Shown here piece after piece: positions 9,955 to 18,336 of a DNA stretch of 41,074 bases. The notes under the pieces were generated by a model. The model saw only the letters and a list, made by a program, of their open reading frames with translations, ran no database searches and was not told the DNA's origin. Source of the DNA: an uncultured Desulfobulbia bacterium (GTDB lineage Bacteria; Desulfobacterota; Desulfobulbia; Desulfobulbales; CAZDYX01). Position 1 is the stretch's first letter; each line of letters opens with the position of its first letter. The position numbers and the translations under genes were made by a program. The stretch covers positions 5,076 through 46,149 of the forward strand of contig CAZDYX010000002.1 in assembly GCA_964509775.1 (NCBI GenBank). Direction: 5' to 3'.

Positions 9955-11073
9955 TCAGTTAAAATTGGATTTTTGTCTTTTGTATGAATGAAAAATAAAA
10001 TTTTTCAGAATGTTCATCCAGAAAGGCTTTTGAAACGGACCGCGTTCAAGAAGTGACAGAGTGAGTTCCAGGAATTGTTTTTCAAAAAGCTTCCAATTAT
10101 GGTATTCAACAACCTTTTGACGAACGTATTTGCCCTGTTGCGGCGTCCACTCGCCAACGGCAAGCAGCATTGCATCGGCAAGTTCGTCACTTGTATTTCC
10201 ATGCAAGGGATAGCCACCATACTTCTCTGCATCAATACCGGAACTTCGGGATGCTATGGGCACAAAACAACAACTCATAGCCTCAAGAAGCGTCACGGCC
10301 TGCCCTTCAGCTAAGGACGGCTGAAGCACCCAGGATGACGAGTTTAAGTGCCTGACATATTCACTGCTCCCGCTCTGGTATGCTCCTGAGAAAATTACAC
10401 TTGGGCAGTTTTCCAGCAACTGCATTATGTCGATATCTCCATCCCTTCCCAGCAAAATTAATTTCGCGTCAGGGATTTTATGAGCGACCTTTTTCCAGGC
10501 TCCAGCAACTATGTGACTTCCCTTTCTCACTGAGAACCGTGTCGCATTATGGACAAATATCTTATTGCGAACGATATCCTCTGCGCCTCTGAAATGTTCT
10601 GTATCGATTCCACAGTCAACAAGATGTAATGATCCACGGGGCCTTTGAATATTGAACGTTTGTAATATATGGTCGTTTCCGATGATTAATACCAAATCAG
10701 ATAGAGAAAGACTCCGCCAGTGTCTCCATCTATCAATAATTGAAGAAAGACCTTCTACAGGTGAGCCAGTAGCAAATGAAAGATTGTCAGCTATTTGCCT
10801 TGTCACAAAATTAAAATGAGCAATAGATGCAAAAGTTGCCATTCGTTCAACCTGAGCATCGCGCCCGTCATGCCTGTTCGTCCACAGCAGATCGATTTTT
10901 CCGCTGGGCACAGTATCGCCATAGGTGACATTAACAAAGTTATTTTTTAGCACCTTCCACATATGAGAGGCTATCTGGCTACACGAGAACCACTCAGTAC
11001 CTTTATTTTCTTTACCTGGATAAAAGTGGCGGTCTGAATAGGCGAGATGGATTCTAAAAAAATTATTTTTCAT
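9955..11073 (-). CDS. Glycosyltransferase family 4
   Basis: LAEGQAVTLLEAMSCCFVPIASRSSG is GT4-like. The track start at 11139 is a TTG, so the ATG at 11073 (MKNNFFRIHLAY) is preferred. Confidence 0.7.
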   Translation of the reverse strand: MKNNFFRIHLAYSDRHFYPGKENKGTEWFSCSQIASHMWKVLKNNFVNVTYGDTVPSGKIDLLWTNRHDGRDAQVERMATFASIAHFNFVTRQIADNLSFATGSPVEGLSSIIDRWRHWRSLSLSDLVLIIGNDHILQTFNIQRPRGSLHLVDCGIDTEHFRGAEDIVRNKIFVHNATRFSVRKGSHIVAGAWKKVAHKIPDAKLILLGRDGDIDIMQLLENCPSVIFSGAYQSGSSEYVRHLNSSSWVLQPSLAEGQAVTLLEAMSCCFVPIASRSSGIDAEKYGGYPLHGNTSDELADAMLLAVGEWTPQQGKYVRQKVVEYHNWKLFEKQFLELTLSLLERGPFQKPFWMNILKNFIFHSYKRQKSNFN

Positions 11074-11209
11074 TATAATTTCAAGTAGTAGAGCATTTGC
11101 AACATTGTGCAGTACTCGATATCGACTGGTTGTAATCAATTAGAACCATGTGGCACTTCCTTGCATGATTTCCTCGAACTACGCTTCACTGGGCTGATAT
11201 ATGTTTTTC

Positions 11210-12007
11210 TCATCGCTTTACAAAGTGTATGATAGGATCTCGCAAGGCAAACCCGACATCTTTGTCGACCACTTCATAACCAGAAGCAGTAAGTAACTCT
11301 GCAACCCTCTCCAACCCGTTATTGTACCACCGCCCTTCGGGCCTGATGTCATCCAACTCATTTTTATCAAGACGAGGTAAATGTGAACGACCAACCAATG
11401 TGTCCTTTTTGTATTTATTTAGTGCTTCCAATATTTTATAAAAACATGATGGCAGCGTGCGAAATATTATGTCATACTGCTTGAAATTTTCAGATATGTG
11501 ATTGGACTGGTCATAATCCGACAGCATCCAGAAGCAATGTGCCCCCTTTTTAAGTTTTGGATACATGTTTCTCGCATACTGACTTACCCCTTCGAATGAA
11601 ATATGACAAAAGGTTCCAAAAGAAAACACATACGTAAAATAATTATCAGGCAGAGTTGAACATGAAAAATCGTCAACTTGTTGATATGTCATGTTTTTAG
11701 GGCTACCAAGATACTTGTCTATTTCATTATCTTCTCTCGATTTTGCATCAAGGCACCAAACTTCTCGTGCATTCAACATGCAGCGAGTCCATGCACCTCT
11801 TCCAGGCCCTATTTCCAATACAACTGAATCATTATTAACGTATGGTTTTATGCAACCTAAATAAGTAGCATGAAGGACGCTTAAATATCCAACTCGCTTA
11901 TAGGAAGATGCGCCTACTGGATCAAGGGGATCTCCCTCATAGTATCCTCCACGCCATAATCTGCTGAAAACAGCAATCTCCGGATGTACTGCCTTTTCTT
12001 GATTCAC
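11210..12007 (-). CDS. Class I SAM-dependent methyltransferase
   Basis: VVLEIGPGRGAWTRCML (motif I). The GTG start at 12007 is preceded by AAGGAG at about 12013-12018. The IS630 end lies about 8 bp upstream of that RBS. Confidence 0.75.
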   Translation of the reverse strand: MNQEKAVHPEIAVFSRLWRGGYYEGDPLDPVGASSYKRVGYLSVLHATYLGCIKPYVNNDSVVLEIGPGRGAWTRCMLNAREVWCLDAKSREDNEIDKYLGSPKNMTYQQVDDFSCSTLPDNYFTYVFSFGTFCHISFEGVSQYARNMYPKLKKGAHCFWMLSDYDQSNHISENFKQYDIIFRTLPSCFYKILEALNKYKKDTLVGRSHLPRLDKNELDDIRPEGRWYNNGLERVAELLTASGYEVVDKDVGFALRDPIIHFVKR

Positions 12008-13088
12008 GTAATCTCCTTATTTTTATTAATCCGGCGGGCAAATAGGTTCTCGCGGCATATTTGATCGAAGGATGATTGAAATACTTCATAATCCTTTCAG
12101 GTTTCTTCTGGAGCATCCGCATGTGGCCCAGTACAGTTTTCTTGAGATCGTTGTTATTCCTGCTCGGAGCAGCAGTCCGAACTCCCGACTTGAGATCGCA
12201 GTTGAGATATTCGTCCGGGTTGAGTTCCGGTGAATATGAAGGCAGGTAAAACACTTCAATTTTCTCCTGGTACTTCTCAATCCAACGTCTTACCAAGTTT
12301 GCGTGGTGTACTTTGAGATTATCCAAAACGAGAAAAACCTTGCGGCCGACATCTTTAATCAGGCGTTTCATGAATTTCAGCAGGACGCGGACCGTCATGG
12401 TTTGCTCGTAGAGCATGAAGCGCAACAGTCCCTGGTTGTTGATGGCTGAAATCATATTGAGAGAGAACCGTTTCGCGTTGACGGCAACAACAGGCGTCTG
12501 ACCACGTGGTGCATATCCTCGACCATGTTGACAATCATTCCGCACGCCCGTCTCATCGCCCCAGTAGATTTCTGCTTTCTCTGCCGCCGCACGACGCTTT
12601 ATCTCCGGATACGCCGTATCAAGCCATTCCTGGACTGCTTTTGGGTTTTGCTCATACGCCTTCTTGATGGGCTTTTGAGGGGTAAAACCCCATCTTTTCA
12701 AGTAGTCACCTATGGTACGGATGGCTACCCGCACACGCCACATATGGTAGGCAACTGACTGGATCGCCTTACGCGTCCATAAAGCAAACGGCAGCTTGAG
12801 TTGTTTGGGGTTCTTGTCAACCAAGAGCTTCTGTAAATTTCGTTCCTGCTCGGCCGAAAAAATGCATTGTTCACCTTTTCTGCGACCGCGTTTTCCAAGT
12901 TTGATTGCGTTGGCTTTGCGGTTTCCATTTTCCCAGGCGCGAATCCAGCGGCAGGCGACGCCATAATGGACACTGATGATCTCTGCGATCTCCTTGCGCT
13001 TTACTCCTTTTTGAAAAAGGCGAATGGCAAGATCTCTATTGTGTTGTTGGATTTCACTCGAAAGTGATCTGGAATCTGTATTTTTCAT
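11937..13088 (-). CDS. IS630-family DDE transposase (ORF reads through the IS end)
   Basis: N-terminal HTH (KRKEIAEIISVHYGVACRWIRAWENG). DDE triad context: YWGDETG, FLVLDNLKVHHA, SYSPELNPDEYLN. Family-like sequence ends at ..SIKYAA. The next codon is AGA (12050..12048), one substitution from TGA. The ORF then runs about 38 further codons, passing the IS terminus at 12026 and extending 89 nt (about 30 codons) into flanking DNA. Confidence 0.85.
   Translation of the reverse strand: MKNTDSRSLSSEIQQHNRDLAIRLFQKGVKRKEIAEIISVHYGVACRWIRAWENGNRKANAIKLGKRGRRKGEQCIFSAEQERNLQKLLVDKNPKQLKLPFALWTRKAIQSVAYHMWRVRVAIRTIGDYLKRWGFTPQKPIKKAYEQNPKAVQEWLDTAYPEIKRRAAAEKAEIYWGDETGVRNDCQHGRGYAPRGQTPVVAVNAKRFSLNMISAINNQGLLRFMLYEQTMTVRVLLKFMKRLIKDVGRKVFLVLDNLKVHHANLVRRWIEKYQEKIEVFYLPSYSPELNPDEYLNCDLKSGVRTAAPSRNNNDLKKTVLGHMRMLQKKPERIMKYFNHPSIKYAARTYLPAGLIKIRRLRESRKGSTSGDCCFQQIMAWRIL
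12026..12046. repeat. IS630 terminal inverted repeat (left in window coordinates)
   Basis: Pairs with 13111..13131 at 15 of 21 positions, with an adjacent TA. Confidence 0.7.
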
Positions 13089-13110
13089 TCCAAGATCTTA
13101 CACCATTTCA

Positions 13111-13131
13111 CCTATTTTGTCGCCATGTTAA
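13111..13131. repeat. IS630 terminal inverted repeat (right in window coordinates)
   Basis: Pairs with 12026..12046 at 15 of 21 positions, with an adjacent TA. Confidence 0.7.
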
Positions 13132-13414
13132 TATAATGAAATAGAGGCAAAGAAATTTCTGATTACCACTAATCCTCAGACAAGGAGAATATTTTCAGAG
13201 GGGTTCACTATATGACCCAACCTCTATGCCATACTTCCACTGAACTCAACAAAGGAGGCATGCCATGGCTCAACGAAGTGATATACATTTTCAAAGAGGG
13301 GGTAATTATTCAAAGTTTCATGAAAATTACGATACAGAGGAAGTTTTCGCCCTTTACCGTACGTATACGCTTTAGAATTGGATTTCAGCATGGTAATCAG
13401 ATAACTAGATATCT

Positions 13415-14281
13415 CTATAACTCAACAATTTTTTCAATACCTTTTTTTTGAATCATCTTAAGATGTAAACTCATTAATAAGCTTTTCAAATTTGGAATTA
13501 TAGCTTTAAAAAAGGGTATACTATGTTCCATATTCCATTTCTTTGAGAATTTAATTTGGTTGCTTATGTTAATATCTCTGCATGGAATTTTGCTACCCGA
13601 CCTGGTCGCTCCCCACTCTATCTTTGACACTACTTCCCCATATGCAACATAATTCTTATAACCATTTTTTACGCATCTCAATGAAAGGTCATTATCATCC
13701 CAAAAAAGAGGATAAAACCTCTCATCGAAACTTCCCACATCTCTTAATACTTCACGAGCGATACACAAGGGGCCTCTGTTAACAAAAGTTCGATTTTCAT
13801 ATTGCCCTGGGTTGAGTACAGCATTTTTTGATTTGGATGTCGACCAAGGAGCGGAAATAAAATTGTAATATTGATTAGGAATCTCCATTTCGTAACCATC
13901 TTTAAATCCAATCAAACCTACTTTTAAATTATTATTAAAAATTTCAACGGCAGTAGACAAGATGGAATCGACATCCATAAGGACTACATCATCTTGGACT
14001 AATAGACAATATGGAGCCTCACTCTTATTTAACAAGAAATTGTTCGCTCTAACTTCAAAAAAATCATAGTTAATATTTACAAAAGCTCTAAAATTTTTAA
14101 TGAGATGGCAATGCCTCTTGAACTCTTCAAGAGAATTATCATTGCAATTATCGAAAAAAAATATCAACTGACAATCATCTAGTTTTGACAAGGACTTTAG
14201 AATCCTTTCTATCAAAAAGCCCTTATTAAATATAGTATACGCAATTGAGAAAGAAAATTTGCCCGAACTCTCTGATTCCAT
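13415..14281 (-). CDS. Glycosyltransferase family 2-like
   Basis: FSIAYTIFNKGFLIERILKSL...LIFFFDNCNDNSLEEF (GT2 N-terminal pattern) and LLVQDDVVL (DxD-type motif). The ATG start lies 4 nt after the upstream stop. Confidence 0.65.
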   Translation of the reverse strand: MESESSGKFSFSIAYTIFNKGFLIERILKSLSKLDDCQLIFFFDNCNDNSLEEFKRHCHLIKNFRAFVNINYDFFEVRANNFLLNKSEAPYCLLVQDDVVLMDVDSILSTAVEIFNNNLKVGLIGFKDGYEMEIPNQYYNFISAPWSTSKSKNAVLNPGQYENRTFVNRGPLCIAREVLRDVGSFDERFYPLFWDDNDLSLRCVKNGYKNYVAYGEVVSKIEWGATRSGSKIPCRDINISNQIKFSKKWNMEHSIPFFKAIIPNLKSLLMSLHLKMIQKKGIEKIVEL

Positions 14282-14285
14282 TTCT

Positions 14286-15179
14286 TTAAGATATCCTTTT
14301 CAAAGAACCACGCTTTCCTTTTATACCCATGTAAATACTTTTCATAGTTAAAAGGAACATTTCAACATTACCAAGTTTTAATCTTATTCTCTGTAATATT
14401 TGTAAGCATTCAATTATCGATAATTCCAATTTACTTCGTTTTAAAAAATCATTTCTAAATTTGAAAAAAGGCCCGACCAATCCATGATTCACCATCCACA
14501 TCCACTGTTTCCCCTCTATAGGCAAATAACTCAGATACTCTAAATAAGCCACAGAATTGCTAAGGATTTTTATATTATGACAATTATCTGCTATATCGCC
14601 GCGGACAAAGAATGCATTTCCTGTATAGCAAACCAAACGATAATCATTTTTTACAGCCCATTTTTTGAACAGTCCAAAAGGCTGACCTACATTATTTTTT
14701 GCTATTTCAATATTAATAGCCATGTCATTTTCAGGATCGTGACCGGCGTTAATTTCTACACAGATCACTCTTGGTGCCATTTCCATGGCCTCCAGAATTT
14801 GATAATCTAGACCATCAATATCAATACTCAAAAAATCCAAATCTTCAAATCCATATTCTTTACATATTGTTTGTAATCGATTATCTCCAACATCAACGAA
14901 GCGATTAACGCATATAACTTTGCCGTTTCGATCGTATGTTTTTTCTAAATCATTAAACCGCTCCCTATCGCCTTCTATCATTAAAGCTTTCCAACCATCA
15001 AGAATCAATCGGCGACAATTTGAGAGATGTTTTCCATCCCAAGCTCCAAATTCACAACATGTTCGATTTTTAATTTTGATCCTTCTAAATAGTTCTTCAA
15101 TAATTCCATCTTCACCATTTTGACTAAAGATATTTTTTTTGAATTCTAGCAATCCGCCTGCAAGTCCATTATTTTTCAT
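14286..15179 (-). CDS. FkbM-like SAM-dependent methyltransferase (paralog A)
   Basis: NIFSQNGEDGIIEELF...CCEFGAWDGKHLSN...ALMIEGD...DFLSIDIDGLDYQILE. It is clearly paralogous to ORF 17578..18288 and has an A8 tract at 15133..15140 near the 5' end. Confidence 0.6.
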   Translation of the reverse strand: MKNNGLAGGLLEFKKNIFSQNGEDGIIEELFRRIKIKNRTCCEFGAWDGKHLSNCRRLILDGWKALMIEGDRERFNDLEKTYDRNGKVICVNRFVDVGDNRLQTICKEYGFEDLDFLSIDIDGLDYQILEAMEMAPRVICVEINAGHDPENDMAINIEIAKNNVGQPFGLFKKWAVKNDYRLVCYTGNAFFVRGDIADNCHNIKILSNSVAYLEYLSYLPIEGKQWMWMVNHGLVGPFFKFRNDFLKRSKLELSIIECLQILQRIRLKLGNVEMFLLTMKSIYMGIKGKRGSLKRIS

Positions 15180-15462
15180 AGCCGCCTAGAGATATCTCTC
15201 TAATTATTTACGTTTTTATAGTAGTTAGATATTAAAGTGCTCGTTTTGCCAATCCTGATATGGTTCGGTCATTTATACTTTTCCAGCCCAATAGCTTGTT
15301 CAAGTAAGCCGCTACGCGGCAGAACGGCCCTCACTCATGACGACTATCACCCCATCCTTCCAGTGAAATAGCCATCTTCGTTAATCAAATTCCTCTCCTC
15401 GTCCGTAAAGAGTTGTGTAGGCAGTTTTTTCTACCAACTCAATTACGAAAAAGGAGAGGAAA

Positions 15463-16352
15463 ATGGAAAAGTATCATTGGTTCAAGACCGAATGGCATGT
15501 GTAATTTGAAAAAGCCATGCAGGTAGGTGGCCTCTGCGAGAGAAGCAGACAGGCTTACTCCCGTTCCATGCGCATGCTGGTCGAATACTTCAACAAAACC
15601 CCCGATCTCATCGCCGAGGAGGAACTCCTCGACACCTCATCCACCGACAGGATGTCAGTGGCTGGTCCCCGGCCACCGCGAATCGCCATGCCAACATCAG
15701 GTTCTTCTTCAACCATGTCCTGAAAAAGGACTGGCATCTTCTTCTGCTTGCCAAGCCCAAACGAGAAAAGCACTTACCGGCGACGCTCTCTCGAGAAGAA
15801 GTTGAAAGGATCATGATCAAGGTTTCCACCTTCCACAATTATGCCTATCTGATGACCGTCTGTACCTGCAGCCTCAGGCTTCAGGAGGGTTTGTTCCTGG
15901 AGGTCTCCGATATCGATGGGGCAAGGAAGATGATCCATATTCACTGCGGCAAAGGGGCCAAGGATCGTTATGTCCCGTTGCCGGAGTATACCTATGCTCT
16001 GCTCCGCCGTTACTGGGCGTCCCACCGCAACCCGACACTCATTTTTCCTGCCGTTGGCTGAGTACAACAAAAGGCACCGGTTTCTCCGGAACCAACGTCC
16101 ATCGACGGGGTGCAGGGCGCTTTTCGCAGGGCCAAGTTCGATGCAGCCGTCAACAAACGTGGCGTTTCCGCGCATACCCTACGACATTCCTATGCCACAC
16201 ATCTCCTGGAAGCAGGGGTCAACCTAGGGGTCATTCAAAAATATCTCGGCTACTCCAGCATCGAGACCACCATGGTTTATCTCCATCACACCAACAAGGG
16301 CATGGAGGAAGCCTACCAGATCATCAACTCGGTGAATGAAGGAGGTGTGACC
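15463..16352 (+). pseudogene. Tyrosine recombinase (phage-integrase family), inactivated
   Basis: The ATG at 15463 follows AAAGGAGAGG. There is an in-frame TAA at 15502..15504, a frame change near 15628-15632 (..AEEELL then RHLIHRQDVSGWSPATANRHANIRFFFNHVLKKDW in another frame) and an in-frame TGA at 16059..16061 (..IFPAVG*VQQ..). The catalytic region is still readable: [38 protein letters not shown]. Confidence 0.8.
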
Positions 16353-17210
16353 ATGTTTGCCATCGCCGACATCTTCAGAACCTTTGCCCCGGAATATCTG
16401 GAACGTTTTCCCAACTTACCCGATCAGCACCAAAAGGTAATCGAGGCTATCATCTACTGCCGCTCCGGCAACCTCGGCGTCACAATCTATCGTTGCAAGG
16501 GTTGTGGCGCGACCCACCGCATCGATCGCTCCTGCGGTAACCGCCAGTGTCCCGGGTGCCAGTACCACAAGAGCCGGGACTGGCTGGAAAGCCAGTTGAA
16601 CCGCAGTCTGCCGGGCCAGCACTTTATGCTCACCTTTACCATGCCCGAACAGATCCGTACGTTTTGCCTTAGTCATCAACATCTTGCCTATGAAGCGCTT
16701 TTTGCGGCGGCTGCCGGAGCCATCAAAAAACTGGCCAGGGATCCTCGTTATATCGGCGCCGATCTGCCGGGCTTCACCGGGGTTCTCAACACCTGGGGGC
16801 TACAGTTACAGTACCATCCCCATGTGCACTTCATCGTTGTCGCCGGTAGCTTGTCAAAGAACAGAGAACAATAGCTTGCCGCCGGTAATGAATTTTATCT
16901 GCCGGTCCGGGCGCTGGCGAAAAATCTTCAAGGCCAAGTTCAAGGCGGCGATGGAGAGAAGTATGTGCTACCAAGTGGCTTCATGAAAATCAGGTATTAT
17001 GTCTTCATTAAAAGCGCCTGCAAAATATCTCTTGTTCGACTTCGGCTCCTGATTCTTGCTGCTCTTAAAAGGGTAGACGTCGCCCTCGCCGATCTGGTCC
17101 TTAAAAAAGCAGAGGTGCAAAAGAAACAACCTTTCTGCCGCCATTGCGGTGCACAACTGCTCTACCTGTTCAGTCTCATCCCCGGGATGCCTGGGCGGAG
17201 CCCGACATAA
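16353..17210 (+). pseudogene. IS91-family (HUH/Y2) transposase, inactivated and internally deleted
   Basis: The ATG at 16353 is preceded by GAAGGAGGTG. Zn-finger region [23 protein letters not shown] and HUH motif HPHVHFIV are present. A TAG lies at 16872..16874, and there are further frame changes at about 16915-16965. The C-terminal segment VLPSGFMKIRYY...CRHCGAQL follows directly, so the central Tyr-containing catalytic segment is missing. Total readable length is about 286 codons, versus roughly 400 as I recall for the family. Confidence 0.75.
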
Positions 17211-17577
17211 GCGCTACCAACTGATTTCTCATAGAATTTAATCTGCGCACATTTTGCTCTTTTTCAGAACAAGGGTGAAGTGCGCTCTGATACACAATAT
17301 CTAATTGATTTCTATAGGTAATTCGGGATGAATTCGATAGCTCGATCTCAATTTTCCATGAAACAGCTGCCCAATCCTGCCTTCGCCAAAGAATACTCAC
17401 TCGATTTTTCCTTACGGCCCCATCCTCTTGCTAAGCAATACCCTATTCCTCCAGCAGCCTCTTGAACAGAGCATTGAATACGACCGCTATCGCAGATCGT
17501 TTCAAGCCTTATTGGTTATCTCAATCTACTTCAAACAATATCTCAGCGATCTCTGTTGATGCAGCCAGTAATATTTG

Positions 17578-18288
17578 CTAGGGAAATAGCGATTTGATTT
17601 TTCTTTTAAGATGTGATGCGAGAGACCATTTATTGTCAACCCATCTCCTATCAAAAAAATCTTCTAACTGATTGGATTCAAGGCCAACCAGAGGATAAAG
17701 GTCCTCTCTAACAAAGACACAATTCCCCGTATGAGCAACCAGTTGATATCCTTTTTCCTTTGCTAAATGAACCAATGCTGCAGCACTCGACCCTTTGCCA
17801 CTATCTGGCTCGCCGACAAAATGGACATTATAGTTAAACGATGAATTTGCTTCAATTATTACAATGGCAGGAGAGTATTCAGTAAAAGCTTTCCAAATGT
17901 AGTAATCATTGCCATCTACATCTATAGATAACAAATCAAAATTTTTTGGGATTGGAGTGGTTTTCAGCAGTCTATTTAACGAATTTGGATCATCATTATG
18001 AAAACCTACAAACGCACACAAGGGGTGCACTCGCGCATTGTTCTTGTATTCTTCCGTTAAATAGTGGAAGCGGGTTTCGTCACCCTCAATGAGCACAGCA
18101 GACCACTCTTTCTCCGTTATTAATAATCTTGTGTTCGAAAGGTGTATACCATCCCAAGCACCGAATTCCACGCACCAGCCTTTAGAAAGGCTGAGTTTTG
18201 AACATAAAAAATCTATTATCCCATCTTCACCTTCTTGTGAATGAATATTTTTTCTGAAATTATTTATATTTTTCAATTTGTTCTCCAT
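17578..18288 (-). CDS. FkbM-like SAM-dependent methyltransferase (paralog B)
   Basis: NIHSQEGEDGIIDFL...CVEFGAWDGIHLSN...VLIEGD...DLLSIDVDGNDYYIWKAF. It is collinear with paralog A at 14286..15179. Confidence 0.6.
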   Translation of the reverse strand: MENKLKNINNFRKNIHSQEGEDGIIDFLCSKLSLSKGWCVEFGAWDGIHLSNTRLLITEKEWSAVLIEGDETRFHYLTEEYKNNARVHPLCAFVGFHNDDPNSLNRLLKTTPIPKNFDLLSIDVDGNDYYIWKAFTEYSPAIVIIEANSSFNYNVHFVGEPDSGKGSSAAALVHLAKEKGYQLVAHTGNCVFVREDLYPLVGLESNQLEDFFDRRWVDNKWSLASHLKRKIKSLFP

Positions 18289-18336
18289 TCTGTTTCATTC
18301 AAACCCAATATCACAGGTGAGGGCCTTCATAGGTGA

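Larger units (their letters stand above)
12026..13131 (-). mobile_element. IS630-family insertion sequence (~1.1 kb) flanked by a TA duplication
   Basis: Imperfect terminal inverted repeats at 12026..12046 (ttaatccggcgggcaaatagg) and 13111..13131 (reverse complement ttaacatggcgacaaaatagg), matching at 15 of 21 positions. TA dinucleotides lie immediately outside both ends (12024-12025 and 13132-13133). A single DDE transposase gene lies inside. Confidence 0.8.
15300..17400 (+). mobile_element. Decayed integrase + IS91-family element (boundaries approximate)
   Basis: This is the only plus-strand coding remnant in block A, and it is visibly more GC-rich than the AT-rich flanks. It contains the two pseudogenes listed below. 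The element ends could not be defined by eye. Confidence 0.5.

Noticed and set aside
11937-12025. Portion of the transposase ORF lying outside the IS and overlapping the methyltransferase start, considered as a functional fusion or overlapping gene.
   Set aside because: The sequence beyond ..IKYAA has no family resemblance. It is best explained by loss of the stop codon and read-through rather than by a functional extension, and is noted under findings only as a possible interference effect.
13224-13391. 55-aa minus-strand ORF (MLKSNSKAYTYGKGRKLPLYRNFHETLNNYPLF..) between the GT2 gene and the IS630 element, considered as a remnant of a gene disrupted by the IS.
   Set aside because: It ends about 90 bp before the IS terminus rather than at it. 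It does not continue into the methyltransferase on the other side of the IS, and no family was recognised. It cannot be supported as a gene or as a disruption product.
13212-13451. 79-aa plus-strand ORF in the same gap.
   Set aside because: It lies opposite to all neighbouring genes, overlaps the 3' end of the GT2 gene, and has no motifs and no RBS.
16110-16874. 254-aa ORF that looks like an intact plus-strand gene.
   Set aside because: It is a chimera. The first 81 residues or so are the C-terminal catalytic part of the inactivated integrase ([15 protein letters not shown]..). The rest is the N-terminal part of the IS91 transposase, which starts at its own SD/ATG (16353) and is ended by a premature TAG. 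It is listed as pseudogenes instead.
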